In this document: piece after piece, positions 18,183-28,364 of the stretch | How positions within the stretch are numbered: the stretch's first letter is position 1 | How the letters are laid out: the number at the start of each line of letters is the position of its first letter | NCBI GenBank assembly: GCA_964615335.1 | Contig: CAZTMT010000001.1 | Coordinates: 642 to 64,641, forward strand | Length of the DNA: 64,000 bases | Source: an uncultured Clostridia bacterium | Lineage (GTDB): Bacteria > Acidobacteriota > Blastocatellia > HR10 | Reading direction: 5' to 3' | Translations under genes and position numbers: made by a program | The notes under the pieces: model-generated | The model's input: only the letters and a program-made list of their open reading frames with translations | Databases searched by the model: none | Told to the model about the DNA's origin: nothing

Positions 18183-19628
18183 TCACATCTCGCGCCTCTT
18201 CTGCGCGAGAGATTCCACCGGCCCCGAGGGTGCCTTCTCCTCAGGGCCAGAAGTTATCAACTCCAGATCGGGATCCTGCTGCCGGAAGGCCTCGAAGATC
18301 CGACGGGCCACCTCCCACTGCCCGATCAAAGGATGCACCAGAAGCGCCAGTTGCGCGAGCGTCGCTGAACGTTCCACCGCTGCGCGAATCACGAGGCGTT
18401 CATAAGCTTTCACCGAGAGGACGAGGCCCCGCACGGTCTCCGGCAAGCGCCCGACCGCCAGCGGATGAACTCCCTGTGAGGAGATCAGGCAAGGGACTTC
18501 GACGACATCATCCGACTCCAGATCCGCGATCGCTCCGCGATTGAGTGTGTTCACGACAAGACGTCGCGGTTCCGATCCCCAGAGCGCCATGAGCACATCC
18601 CGCGCGACGCGATGATAGCCCGTCGCCGCTTCGAAGGGATCTTCTCCCTCGAAAACCTCACCGCGCACGGCCGAATGCGCGCTTCCCTCGAGCTGGAGAT
18701 ACGAGGCCGAGCGATGGCGAAGATAAGCGCGGTAGAGGGCGAGGGCCTCCTGCAGGCGACCGGCTGCGATCTCCCGCACAAGATCTCGAAAGAGCTTCTC
18801 GTTGAGCTGTTCCAGTTCTTCCCCTCGACTCGCCCCCACGCGCCGCTGGTTCTCCAGCGCGCGAGCATGAGCGTAGTAGAAGAAGACGTACTCGGTGGGG
18901 ATGAGTCCGAGCGCGCGCAGGAGATCGGGATCGAACAGATCGGCCGGATAGAGGCGCCGCAAAAGCTCTTCATCCTGCAACAGCCGCGCCGTCTCATCCC
19001 GACCGCGCACGAGGACGGTGCGCACCCATCCCAGGTGATTGAGTCCGAAGTACTCGCACGCGATGGCCTCGGGAGGCTCCCCGAGCGCTCGCGCGATGCG
19101 GTGGAAGAGTTCGCCCGGAGTGTCACAAATCCCCAGCACGCGCAACTGCGTGTGTGTTGTGAGAGCTTGGGCGATCACGCCGGCCGGATTGGTGAAGTTG
19201 ATGATCCACGCCTGAGGATTCACACGCTCGATCCGGCGCGCGTACTGGAGCACGACGGGAATCGTGCGCAGGGCCATCGCCCATCCGCCCACACCTGTGG
19301 TCTCCTGTCCGACGAGGCCGTGTGCGATGGCCGTTCGTTCGTCGCGAGCGCGCGCGCGAAGGCCTCCGACGCGAATGCTCAAGATGATCGCGTCAGCCCC
19401 GGTCACAGCTTCTTCCACATTCGTCGCCACCGTCACGGCGAAGTCCCCTTTCGCCTGTCGGATCGCTTCGCGCCCCAAGACGGCCATCAGCTCGGCGCGC
19501 TCTTGGTCCAGATCGTACAGGACGACCTCGCTTATGCCCAGCCGCGTCTGCTGCTCGGCGAGTCCATAGAGGAGCAGAGGGGTGCGTACCCCTCCTCCCC
19601 CGATGAGCGCGAGTTTTCGAGACGTCAT
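18183..19628 (-). CDS. Family GH4 NAD+/Mn2+-dependent glycoside hydrolase
   Basis: N-terminal LALIGGGGVRTP Rossmann fold and INFTNPAGVIAQAL...LGICDTP matching the GH4 ICDxP catalytic-Cys motif. Confidence 0.8.
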   Translation of the reverse strand: MTSRKLALIGGGGVRTPLLLYGLAEQQTRLGISEVVLYDLDQERAELMAVLGREAIRQAKGDFAVTVATNVEEAVTGADAIILSIRVGGLRARARDERTAIAHGLVGQETTGVGGWAMALRTIPVVLQYARRIERVNPQAWIINFTNPAGVIAQALTTHTQLRVLGICDTPGELFHRIARALGEPPEAIACEYFGLNHLGWVRTVLVRGRDETARLLQDEELLRRLYPADLFDPDLLRALGLIPTEYVFFYYAHARALENQRRVGASRGEELEQLNEKLFRDLVREIAAGRLQEALALYRAYLRHRSASYLQLEGSAHSAVRGEVFEGEDPFEAATGYHRVARDVLMALWGSEPRRLVVNTLNRGAIADLESDDVVEVPCLISSQGVHPLAVGRLPETVRGLVLSVKAYERLVIRAAVERSATLAQLALLVHPLIGQWEVARRIFEAFRQQDPDLELITSGPEEKAPSGPVESLAQKRREM

Positions 19629-20563
19629 CCGTTCTCGGAGACCTCCTCTCTCTCAGCGCTCTCGATCTCTTCGGGCGTCGGGAAAGCGGCCACTCCGCCC
19701 AGCGCGCGCGTGGAGAGCGCCCCGCAGAGATTGGCGATCTTCAGACATCGCTCCGGGGACTCTCCGTGTAACCACGCGTAGAGAAATCCCGCATTGAAAC
19801 AGTCGCCGGCGCCTGTCGTATCCACGGGGATCGTGCGATAGGGCTTTTCGGCGAACAGCTCACCATGGTGGAGCAGCATCGCTCCGGCTGCCCCGCGCTT
19901 GAGCGCGATGACCGGAACACCTGTTTCGGCGAGCGCGCGCAGAGCGGCTGTGGGGTCGTGCTCCCCCGTCATCTCCGCAGCCTCCTGCTCGTTCGGGAAA
20001 AAGAGATCGAGCGCGCTGAGGGCACGTCGGCTCTCCCGAGCCCGAAGCCACTCGGGATGCCACCCTACATCCAGGGAGAGACTGGTCCCGTGCTCGTGCA
20101 GGAAGCGCCCCAGGGCGATGAGCACGGCCGGATCCGGCGCGCACGCCAGATGCACGTGTCGAGCGGCTGTCAGCTTCTTCCATGTCTCCGGCTCGGCCAG
20201 CAGCGCCGCAAGCGCGCGATTTGCCCCCATGTAGGTGAAGAACGTTCGCTCCCCTTCGTGCGAGATACTCACGGTCACCGCCGTCGGCTCCTCTTCGTGC
20301 CAGATGAGCCAGTGCGTCCCGACACCCCGGCTCTCCAATTTCTGCTTCACCCACGCTCCATCTTCGCGCCCAACCGGAGCCAGTAGACCCACGCGCATCT
20401 TGAGTCGGGCAAGCCCACACGCCGTGATGGCGGCTCCCCCTCCGACATCGCGCGCGAAGCGCGTGGCGAAAGCTTCCTGGCCCGGCTGCGGCCACTCCGG
20501 AAAGCCGCCCAGGACCAGATCAATGAAGAGATCTCCGACAGCGATGACGTCCCAGCTCTTCAT
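19625..20563 (-). CDS. PfkB-family carbohydrate kinase (ribokinase/KDG-kinase-like)
   Basis: C-terminal DTTGAGDCFNAGFLYAW PfkB signature-2. It is ATGA-coupled to the GH4 gene. Confidence 0.8.
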   Translation of the reverse strand: MKSWDVIAVGDLFIDLVLGGFPEWPQPGQEAFATRFARDVGGGAAITACGLARLKMRVGLLAPVGREDGAWVKQKLESRGVGTHWLIWHEEEPTAVTVSISHEGERTFFTYMGANRALAALLAEPETWKKLTAARHVHLACAPDPAVLIALGRFLHEHGTSLSLDVGWHPEWLRARESRRALSALDLFFPNEQEAAEMTGEHDPTAALRALAETGVPVIALKRGAAGAMLLHHGELFAEKPYRTIPVDTTGAGDCFNAGFLYAWLHGESPERCLKIANLCGALSTRALGGVAAFPTPEEIESAEREEVSENG

Positions 20564-20567
20564 CTCC

Positions 20568-21953
20568 TCACCGAGGGAGCGAAACGTCCCCCACCGCCTC
20601 CGGCACGAAAGGCCATTCTCCTTTTCGATAGGCTCTCCAGAAATACGCTCCCATGCCCAGAAGAAGCAATCCGAGACCCGCCAGGACGAAGATCCAGCCG
20701 CTGGAGATGAGAATGTAGATCCATCCCAGCAGGGCGATCACTACGGGCACCGGATAAAGCCACATGCGAAAAGGTCGGGCGATGTCGGGTCGAAAACGCC
20801 GGATCATCACGACGGCCATGACCTGAGCCAAGTACTGGATGATGATCTGAATGACCAGGAGCGCTTTGATGATTTCATCCAAGGCGAACCAGCAAGCGAG
20901 GGCTGAGAGAAGGCCGATCGTCACCAGCGAGAAGGCAGGGAAGCGTTTGGTCGGATGAAGCCGGGCGAAGGGAGCGAAGAACCGTCCCTCGACAGCCGCG
21001 GCATAGGGGACGCGCGAATATCCGAGCAGGATTGCGAAGATCGAACCGAGCGAAGCCCACAGGATCAAAGCCGTGACCGCGTGTCCGGCCCAGGGGCCAT
21101 AAATCCGCTCCATGAAGTCGGAGACGATGGAACTGCTCTGCATGGCCTCGCGCCAGGGGATGACGCCCAGGATCGTGACACTCATGGTGATGTACAGGGC
21201 CGCGACAGCAAGGATCGCCAGGATGATCGAGCGAGGGATCGTCGAGCCCGGGTTCTTCACTTCGCCTCCGAAGAGGCAGACGTTGAAATATCCCCCATAG
21301 CTGTACATGGCGATGAGCGTCGCGGCGCCCAGACCCGTGATGAATTCCCCAGAGATGTGAAACGCTCCGGCCGGGACGTCTGCGACGCGCTCCCATTGGA
21401 AAGACCGGAGCCCGGAGAGCACAACCCATGCGACAGTCGCCATGACGACCGTCCAGAGGGCAACCGAGAGCTTCCCCACCGAGCGAATGTCGCGATAAAG
21501 AAGGGCCGTGACCAGAAGACACAGACCCGCAGCCAGCAGCTTCGTCTCCCAGGGCGTCATCGCCGGCCAGAAGTATTTCGTATAGAGCGCGAAGCCGACC
21601 GCTCCCGACGCGATCGAAAGCGGCGCGATGAAAATCGTCTGCCAGATGTAGAGGAAACTCATCAGCCGGCCCCATCTCTGCGGACCATACGCCTGCTGCA
21701 GATAGAGATACGGTCCTCCCGCTCCGGGCATGGCCGCTCCCAATTCCGCCCAGACCAGTCCATCGCAGAGCGAGATGAGTGCCCCCACGACCCATCCGAT
21801 CAGGGCTTGCGGTCCCCCCATGGCCGCGATCATGATCGGGATCGTGATGAAAGGCCCGATCCCGATCATGTTGAGCATATTGGTCGAGGTCGCCTGCAAC
21901 AGGCCAATCCCTCGGATGAGGCCGGGATGATCGTTGGTCTCTTCGTGTTTCAT
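20568..21953 (-). CDS. APC-superfamily permease (amino acid/polyamine/organocation transporter)
   Basis: 461 aa with ~12 predicted TM segments, resembling the amino-acid/ethanolamine permease family. Confidence 0.7.
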   Translation of the reverse strand: MKHEETNDHPGLIRGIGLLQATSTNMLNMIGIGPFITIPIMIAAMGGPQALIGWVVGALISLCDGLVWAELGAAMPGAGGPYLYLQQAYGPQRWGRLMSFLYIWQTIFIAPLSIASGAVGFALYTKYFWPAMTPWETKLLAAGLCLLVTALLYRDIRSVGKLSVALWTVVMATVAWVVLSGLRSFQWERVADVPAGAFHISGEFITGLGAATLIAMYSYGGYFNVCLFGGEVKNPGSTIPRSIILAILAVAALYITMSVTILGVIPWREAMQSSSIVSDFMERIYGPWAGHAVTALILWASLGSIFAILLGYSRVPYAAAVEGRFFAPFARLHPTKRFPAFSLVTIGLLSALACWFALDEIIKALLVIQIIIQYLAQVMAVVMIRRFRPDIARPFRMWLYPVPVVIALLGWIYILISSGWIFVLAGLGLLLLGMGAYFWRAYRKGEWPFVPEAVGDVSLPR

Positions 21954-21977
21954 GTCGGATGTCTTTCTGGTCGGCCT

Positions 21978-24668
21978 TCATCTTCGCGCGCGACGCAGGC
22001 TGATCATGTTGGCGAACAGCCGATAAGCTCCGGCCACGCCCGCCGGGAGTTGACGATAGAAGGCATAGGCCGTGTAGATGTAGATCCCGCGCCCGTATCG
22101 AGCCAGCAGCATCCCTCCGCGTTGCGGTTCCTGCCCGCGATCGTGCGACTCCAGCAGGGGGGTGTATCGCTCGTCCCACGTCGTCATGAATTTCGAACCG
22201 CGCTCTTCTACCCATCCCTCGAAGTCCGCCGGCGTGATCCGATTGGGCCAGGTGAAAGCGGGGTGCGTCGGAGCCAGGATCCTCACCGGAGCGTCCTCCT
22301 CGGAGACTTCTTCCGCGCGCGCCCCCAGAGTGTACGGATAGGGGCCAAAAGGCGCTTCGTCGAACTCCTGCGTTTGATACTGCACGATGAGAACTCCGCC
22401 GCGTTCGACATAGTCGAGCAAGCGGCGATTGTAGGCCTTCAGATCCTCCCTGACGGCATACGCGCGAATGCCGATCACAATGACATCGAACGCTTCGAGA
22501 TCGCCCGTGGCTAAATCCGATGGGCCGAGCAGTCGCACGGTGACGCCCAATTGCTCCAGGGCTTTGGGGACTTCGTCTCCAACCCCCATGACGTATCCGA
22601 CCCTCAGCCCCGGAGCTACGGTGACATCCACCCCTCGCAGCTCGATCTCCGCCGGGCGATAGAGATGTCGCGGCTCCAGCTCCCGGTAGGCGATCACCTG
22701 ATACCCTTCGGTGTATTCCTTCCCGTTGTATTGGGCGACAGCCTGCACGCGATAGACCTTGCCGGCCTCCACGCGCGACGGTCTGAGGGAGAAGGCGAAC
22801 GTCTGAATCTCTCCCTCGTGAGTGAAGCGAAACGTCACTTCCGGAGGAGAGACGCTCCATCCCTGAGGCGCGCGGAGCCGGACCGTCCCCTGCGCCGCGC
22901 CCTTCACGTTATTGCGCACGTCCACGCGCACGGGGTAGGGGAGTCGCGTCACCCCCAAGGGGATGATGCCCACCCGAGGAGAGACTGTCACACTGATGGG
23001 AGGAGCGACCATGAGGAGCCGACGCTGCTCTCCCCACGGACGATCCACCCACACCGTCTGCGCCGGTTGCGTCGCCGAGAGGGTGACCCCCTCAAGACGA
23101 TACGTGAAGACGCCCACGACCTCCGGCGGAGACCAGGGCAGGTTCGCATGCTCCGGCTTGTGGATCGTATAAACGGCATCGTGGTATTCCGAAGCCCGTG
23201 ACCAATAGGGGCGCGTGTATTCGGCATCTTCAGGGACGGTCACTTCGAAGCGAACGCGCGCTTGTTCGTTTCGTCCGAGGACGTTCAGTTCCTTGTGAAG
23301 CGCGCGCACGCGCCATCCCGCGGGAGTGCGCAAGGTGATCTCCACGGGTTCCAGACGGATGGGACTTCGGTTGGTCGCTGTCGCTGTGAGCGTGAAGCGC
23401 TGTCCCGGAATGGCGACCGAGAATGTCTCTCGAATTCGGAACCGCTGAGAATCCCCGGGAAGCCCCTCGCCCTCCGGACTCGGATCCACGAGAACGTCCA
23501 GAGCCAGGCCGAGGGCTTTATTCACGGCGTCCTCGAATTCTCGCTCCTTATTGCGGAGCAAAAAGAGAAGATGGTCCTTGGTTGCCTCATCCAGTGAGGC
23601 GCTCTGGACGCGCTCGATCAGAGAACGGGTCAGGCGCAGGCCCGCCGTGAGGTGCGGCGTGATGGTCCATGGATGCCGAGCGTCGAAAGCCGCGAGCGCT
23701 TCGTCCACAAGCCTCTGAATCTCGCTCACCTCCGCGCGGAGATCCAACCCTGGAGCAGCGAGTTTCGCCAGACCGAGCCAGCTCGGGTCGAGGCCCTCAA
23801 AGAGACTGGTCTCCTTTTCAACCTTCGGGAGCACTGTGTCCACGAGTCGGAGCGCGATGCGCGCCGAGCCGCGAGGAGCTCGCGCTTGGCCCGCTCCCTG
23901 CGAGCGCTGGCGGCTCAGGCCCTCGCGGCCGATCTCTCGATAGGAACGCCCGAGCAGAGGATCGTACGTTCCCGTTTCGATCTCCAGCGTGGGCGGTTCC
24001 GCGTCGCGATCGTTGAATCGGAAGGGAGCGACGTAGAGCTTCTTCGCCTGCCAGGGGCGTAATCCTTCGGCGAAATGCTCCGGGAAGCGACGGGGATCAG
24101 CGGCCGCCCGAAACGCTTCCCGCGTGAGGACGCCCGCAGCCTGATGGTTGCCATGCCCATCGCGAGGATCCCCCCGGAATCGCGCGATGATGATGTCAGG
24201 CCGATAGAGGCGAATGACGCGCACGACATCCCGCAAGGCCGTCTCATGTCCCCATTTCTGCAGCGTCTCATCGAGGCGCTTCGAAAATCCGAAGTCCACG
24301 ACGCGCGTGAAGAACTGATCCACGCCGTAGTACCGTCCGGCCGCCAGCAACTCCTCGGTGCGGAGAACACCGAGCGCATCGAAGAGCTCCGGCCCGATCA
24401 GATTCGCCCCTCCTTCGCCGCGCGTGAGCGTGAGCAGTCCCGTGCGGACTCCCTGCCCGCGGCTGAGCCAGGCCAAGAGCGCTTCGTTCTCATCATCCGG
24501 ATGGGCCGTCGTGTGCAGGACGGTGATCGTCGTGCGCAGTCGAAGAAGAGCCTGCCACACAGCGGCTGCATTCTGGTTCTCCACAATTTCCTGGACTTGA
24601 GGGCGGACGGATCCTCCGATCAGTCCGACAAAGAGACAGCTTATGAGTGCTCGCGAGATGTTCTTCAT
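21978..24668 (-). CDS. PIG-L/LmbE-family de-N-acetylase with ~600-aa C-terminal extension (secreted)
   Basis: Signal peptide, then VLHTTAHPDDENEALLAWL (AHPDDE zinc motif of PIG-L/MshB/BshB), followed by a long extra domain of unknown function. Confidence 0.75.
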   Translation of the reverse strand: MKNISRALISCLFVGLIGGSVRPQVQEIVENQNAAAVWQALLRLRTTITVLHTTAHPDDENEALLAWLSRGQGVRTGLLTLTRGEGGANLIGPELFDALGVLRTEELLAAGRYYGVDQFFTRVVDFGFSKRLDETLQKWGHETALRDVVRVIRLYRPDIIIARFRGDPRDGHGNHQAAGVLTREAFRAAADPRRFPEHFAEGLRPWQAKKLYVAPFRFNDRDAEPPTLEIETGTYDPLLGRSYREIGREGLSRQRSQGAGQARAPRGSARIALRLVDTVLPKVEKETSLFEGLDPSWLGLAKLAAPGLDLRAEVSEIQRLVDEALAAFDARHPWTITPHLTAGLRLTRSLIERVQSASLDEATKDHLLFLLRNKEREFEDAVNKALGLALDVLVDPSPEGEGLPGDSQRFRIRETFSVAIPGQRFTLTATATNRSPIRLEPVEITLRTPAGWRVRALHKELNVLGRNEQARVRFEVTVPEDAEYTRPYWSRASEYHDAVYTIHKPEHANLPWSPPEVVGVFTYRLEGVTLSATQPAQTVWVDRPWGEQRRLLMVAPPISVTVSPRVGIIPLGVTRLPYPVRVDVRNNVKGAAQGTVRLRAPQGWSVSPPEVTFRFTHEGEIQTFAFSLRPSRVEAGKVYRVQAVAQYNGKEYTEGYQVIAYRELEPRHLYRPAEIELRGVDVTVAPGLRVGYVMGVGDEVPKALEQLGVTVRLLGPSDLATGDLEAFDVIVIGIRAYAVREDLKAYNRRLLDYVERGGVLIVQYQTQEFDEAPFGPYPYTLGARAEEVSEEDAPVRILAPTHPAFTWPNRITPADFEGWVEERGSKFMTTWDERYTPLLESHDRGQEPQRGGMLLARYGRGIYIYTAYAFYRQLPAGVAGAYRLFANMISLRRARR

Positions 24669-24808
24669 ACCTGTTGGCTCCTTTCATCGCGTAAGGCGAG
24701 CTACCGCCCTTCCCTCCCGCGCGAGGGGAATGACGGCGGTCGTGAGGCCTCAAGGCGCGCCCCACGACCGCACCGGGAGACTCGGCTTTTCTCCGGTCCC
24801 AAGCCGTT

Positions 24809-27800
24809 TCAGAAGTAAAGCTTCAGCCCAAGCTGAATCTCACGAGCCGGACGCTCGGGATTCCGCAGACTCGTCGTGCGTCCGAACGTGCCGCTGGCCA
24901 CGTTCGAATCGGGCGCGGCGAACTGCGGCGTGTTCCACACGTTGAAGAACTCGACGCGGAACTCCAGATAGCGCTCCTCGGTGAAGCGAATCTTCTTGAA
25001 CAATGAGATGTCCCAGTTGTGGAATGCCCAGGAGCTGATCGTGTTCGGACCGCACGTGCCGAAGGTGAAAGGCGCCGGGATGCGGAACGCGTTCTTGTCA
25101 AAATACTGGGCGAGCGTGGGCTTGAAGCCCGCCGGGAAAGGATTCCCCACGCAATCTGCGCGCGAGGTGTGGCCCGGACCCGTATTGCTCCGATCCGGAG
25201 CGTAGATCGTGATGGGAACACCGCTTGTCGAGCTCACGATCCCATTGAGCTGCCAATCGCCCAGGATCTTCGCCCACGCGCCCTCGTTCAGGTAAGGCTG
25301 GCGCGGCCCGAAGGGCAGCTCCCACACCCAGTTGACAACGAGGCGATGACGTTGATCAAACGGCAAGCGCCCGTAATCGGCGCGCATGTCGTAGACGTTC
25401 TGCGGGAGGTTCTGAGGATTCACATTTCCGAACGTTGGGGAGAGATGTTCGCTCACGGTCCCGAGCGCCTTCCCCAATGTGTAGGCGACGTTGAAGGCCA
25501 GTCCGTGCGAGTAGCGCTTGTTCACCGTGATCTGTAACGAGTTATAGTTGGACGTCGCATCGGTGCCGAGCCACTGGATGTAGGCGCAGGAACCGGGGGC
25601 GAGGCAGAAGTCCGGATAGGGGAAGACGACGGGTCCGACGCCGGGCGTGACGATCCGTCCCTGATTGAGGTTGCGCAGCTTTCGGATCTTGCGGTTGTAG
25701 TTGCCGACAAACGAGACGTCCACCGAGAGGTCGTTCGTGATGAGGAACTGCGGCCCGAAGCTGACCTGCTGCGAGTACGGCGAACGCTCATGAAAACTGC
25801 GCGCGCGAATCTGGAGCCGTCGGACATCCACGGTCGCGGGCGCCGGCAGGAATCCATCGCGCAACAGAAGCAGTGGCGGGGCATTGCTCGGAACGCTCAG
25901 ACTCGCGTCAATGACCTGCGGGGGATTCAACTGGAGCATGCTCTCGCTCCCCATGCGATCCATCACCTGGTAGAAGATGCCCACTCCCCCTCTCCAGACG
26001 AGCCGCGACGTCGGAGCATACGCGAAGCCAAGCCGCGGGGCGAAGTTGTTGCGGTCCGGATGCACGAGCGTGCGCGAGAAAAGTCCCTGCCCCTTGGGAG
26101 CCGGTTGAATCGGCGGGAAGGGATTGGGCGCCGCCGTGATCAATCCTCCGCGCCCTCCGTTGGCCGCGGGATCGAAGTTCGTCGTCAGGTCGTTCCGCTC
26201 GATGAAGGGCGTGAAGTATTCGTACCGCACGCCGTAGGTGAGGGTGAGCTTGGGACTGACGCGCCAGCTATCCTGGACGTACCACATGAATCCATCAATG
26301 TAGTTGTGGACAACATGAGGCGTCGTCGTCTGCTGGAAGGAGGCCAAGCCCAGAAGCAGATTCGCGAATCCGTCTCCCGTCCAGAACGTGTTGAAAGCCA
26401 GCTCGCCATGGGGCGCGCGCACGTCCAGGAAGTTGTTCACAAGCCGCTTATACTCGAAGCCGAACTTGTAGGAGTGAGCCCCCCGAATGTAGGAGACGTT
26501 GTCCAGAACCTGATAGACCTGCGAGACCTGAAATTGCGGGCGCCAGCCGGAGGTTCCCAGGAAGCTGTACCCCGCGACGCGAATCCACGGCAGGCCGTAG
26601 ACGAATTCGTTGTTGGGAGCATTCTTCAAACCGAATTCGGCCGCCGCACTCCCTTTGGGCGCCAGCGGTCGGGACCAGCTCTTGATGCGGTTGAATCCGA
26701 AGCGCAGGTCGTTGAGCAGGTTCGGAGAGAACGTGTGATCCCATGTGAGGGCGAGGACCTGACCGCGGACCTCGCTGTTGGCGCTGAAGCCTCCGGTGGC
26801 CAGCGGATTCAGGAAGGGACCGCGCTCGATCATCGCTCGTTCGTCGAAGAAATCGTAGACGCCGAAGATGACGTCCTTCTCCCCGAGACGATGATCGAGG
26901 CGCACGTCGAAGGAATCGTTATCGCTGGGAATGTTGATCGAAGAGACGAACGTGAACGGAGAGATGCCCGGCGCATTGGGCAGCGGATAGAGCGATGCGA
27001 ACTTCACGCCGACGGGATCGGCGCAGGGACGCCCATCGGTGCGCATGGCGTTGAGGTTGAGGCGATTCGGAGGAGAGATGCAGGGAGCGATGACCGACAG
27101 GAAGTCCGGAGGCGCCGTCAGAACCGGACGCTCGCTGAAATCGCCCTGCCGCATCCGAGCCGTCGGGACTGTCCCCGTCAGCGTCGTCTCTCGGCGCGAG
27201 CGCAGCCCCTGGTAGTCGAAGAACCAGAAGGTTCGGTCTTTGAGGAGGGGACCACCGACGGCGAATCCCGCCTGATTGCGAAGGAATTCCCCTTTGGGGA
27301 TCACGCGGGAGCCATCGGGCCGACGCCCGGCCGCGTTGGCGAAGAAATCGGCGGCATCCAGATTATCGTTGCGATGGAACCACCAGGCCGTCCCATGCAG
27401 GTCGTTACTGCCGGAGCGAATCTCGGCATTGATCACAGCGCCCTGAAACCACCCGAACTCCGCATTGTAGGTGCGCGTCTGCACGCGAAATTCGCGCAGC
27501 GCATCCGGAGGCGGTTGCACCACCTGCGGGCTCCGCTCCTGCGCGTTGGTCGAGAACGAGTTGTTGTCCACGCCGTTCAGGGCGAAGTAGTTCTGAAGCG
27601 AGAAGTTCCCATTGACGTTGATCTTGGCCTCGCGCGGATTCCCTCCGCTGGGCGTCGGCAGAGCGCCTGGCGCCAGCAGGATCAAATCCGAATACCGTCG
27701 GCCATCCAGGGGGAGGTCCACGATCCGTCGCTGCTCGACAACGGCCCCCACGTCCGCACTCTGCGTCTGCAGGACGGGAACCGTCTCGGTGACGATCATC

Positions 27801-28179
27801 TCCTCGGTGATCGTTCCCGGTTGCAGAGTCACATCCACGCGCAGACGCTCCTGCACGTGCACGATGACGTTGCTCCGAACAGCCGTCTGAAATCCGGGAG
27901 CCGTCACCCGGACTTCATACGGGCCGGGACGAAGAGCGGGGGTGACGTAGGACCCCGTCGCATCGGTGGTGACCTTCACGCTCGTCCGAAGCTCCAGGTG
28001 CGTGATCGTCACCTCAGCGTTGGGGACCACAGCTCCGGTCGGATCGGTGACCGTTCCCACGATGACCCCCGTGTTGATCTGAGCGCGAAGCCCTGTGCCG
28101 CTGAGGAGAGTCAACAGGATCAGCCACACAGAGCCGGCGAAGATCAAGCGACCACGTGAGGCTCGAACTCTCTCGCACA
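24809..28179 (-). CDS. TonB-dependent outer-membrane receptor (paralog, CarboxypepD_reg N-domain)
   Basis: Same architecture as 13169-16528, ending ...LGLKLYF. I place the start at ATG 28177-28179, preceded by AGGAGG with 5-nt spacing; the track start is an upstream GTG. Confidence 0.85.
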
Positions 28180-28364
28180 TAGTCACCTCCTGTGAAGTGT
28201 TCGCGGGGCCTCACCAGCACCCCGGATGAGTGGGCCTTTTCAGCCATTGGTCAATAAGCGTCGCCAGCCGCTGGACGACAAGCTCCACGAGCCGCTCCCC
28301 CTTCTCCGGCAGAGCCATCAAGGACATCACCACGTCTCGTCTGGTGACGCTCATGACCCCCTCG

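Noticed and set aside
20875-22860. 661-aa minus-frame ORF and 519-aa plus ORF (20955-22514) overlapping the APC permease and PIG-L genes
   Set aside because: Alternative frames of real genes; R/G/H-rich nonsense composition.
25790-28159. 789-aa plus-strand ORF
   Set aside because: Antisense to TonB receptor 24809-28179; no domain signatures.
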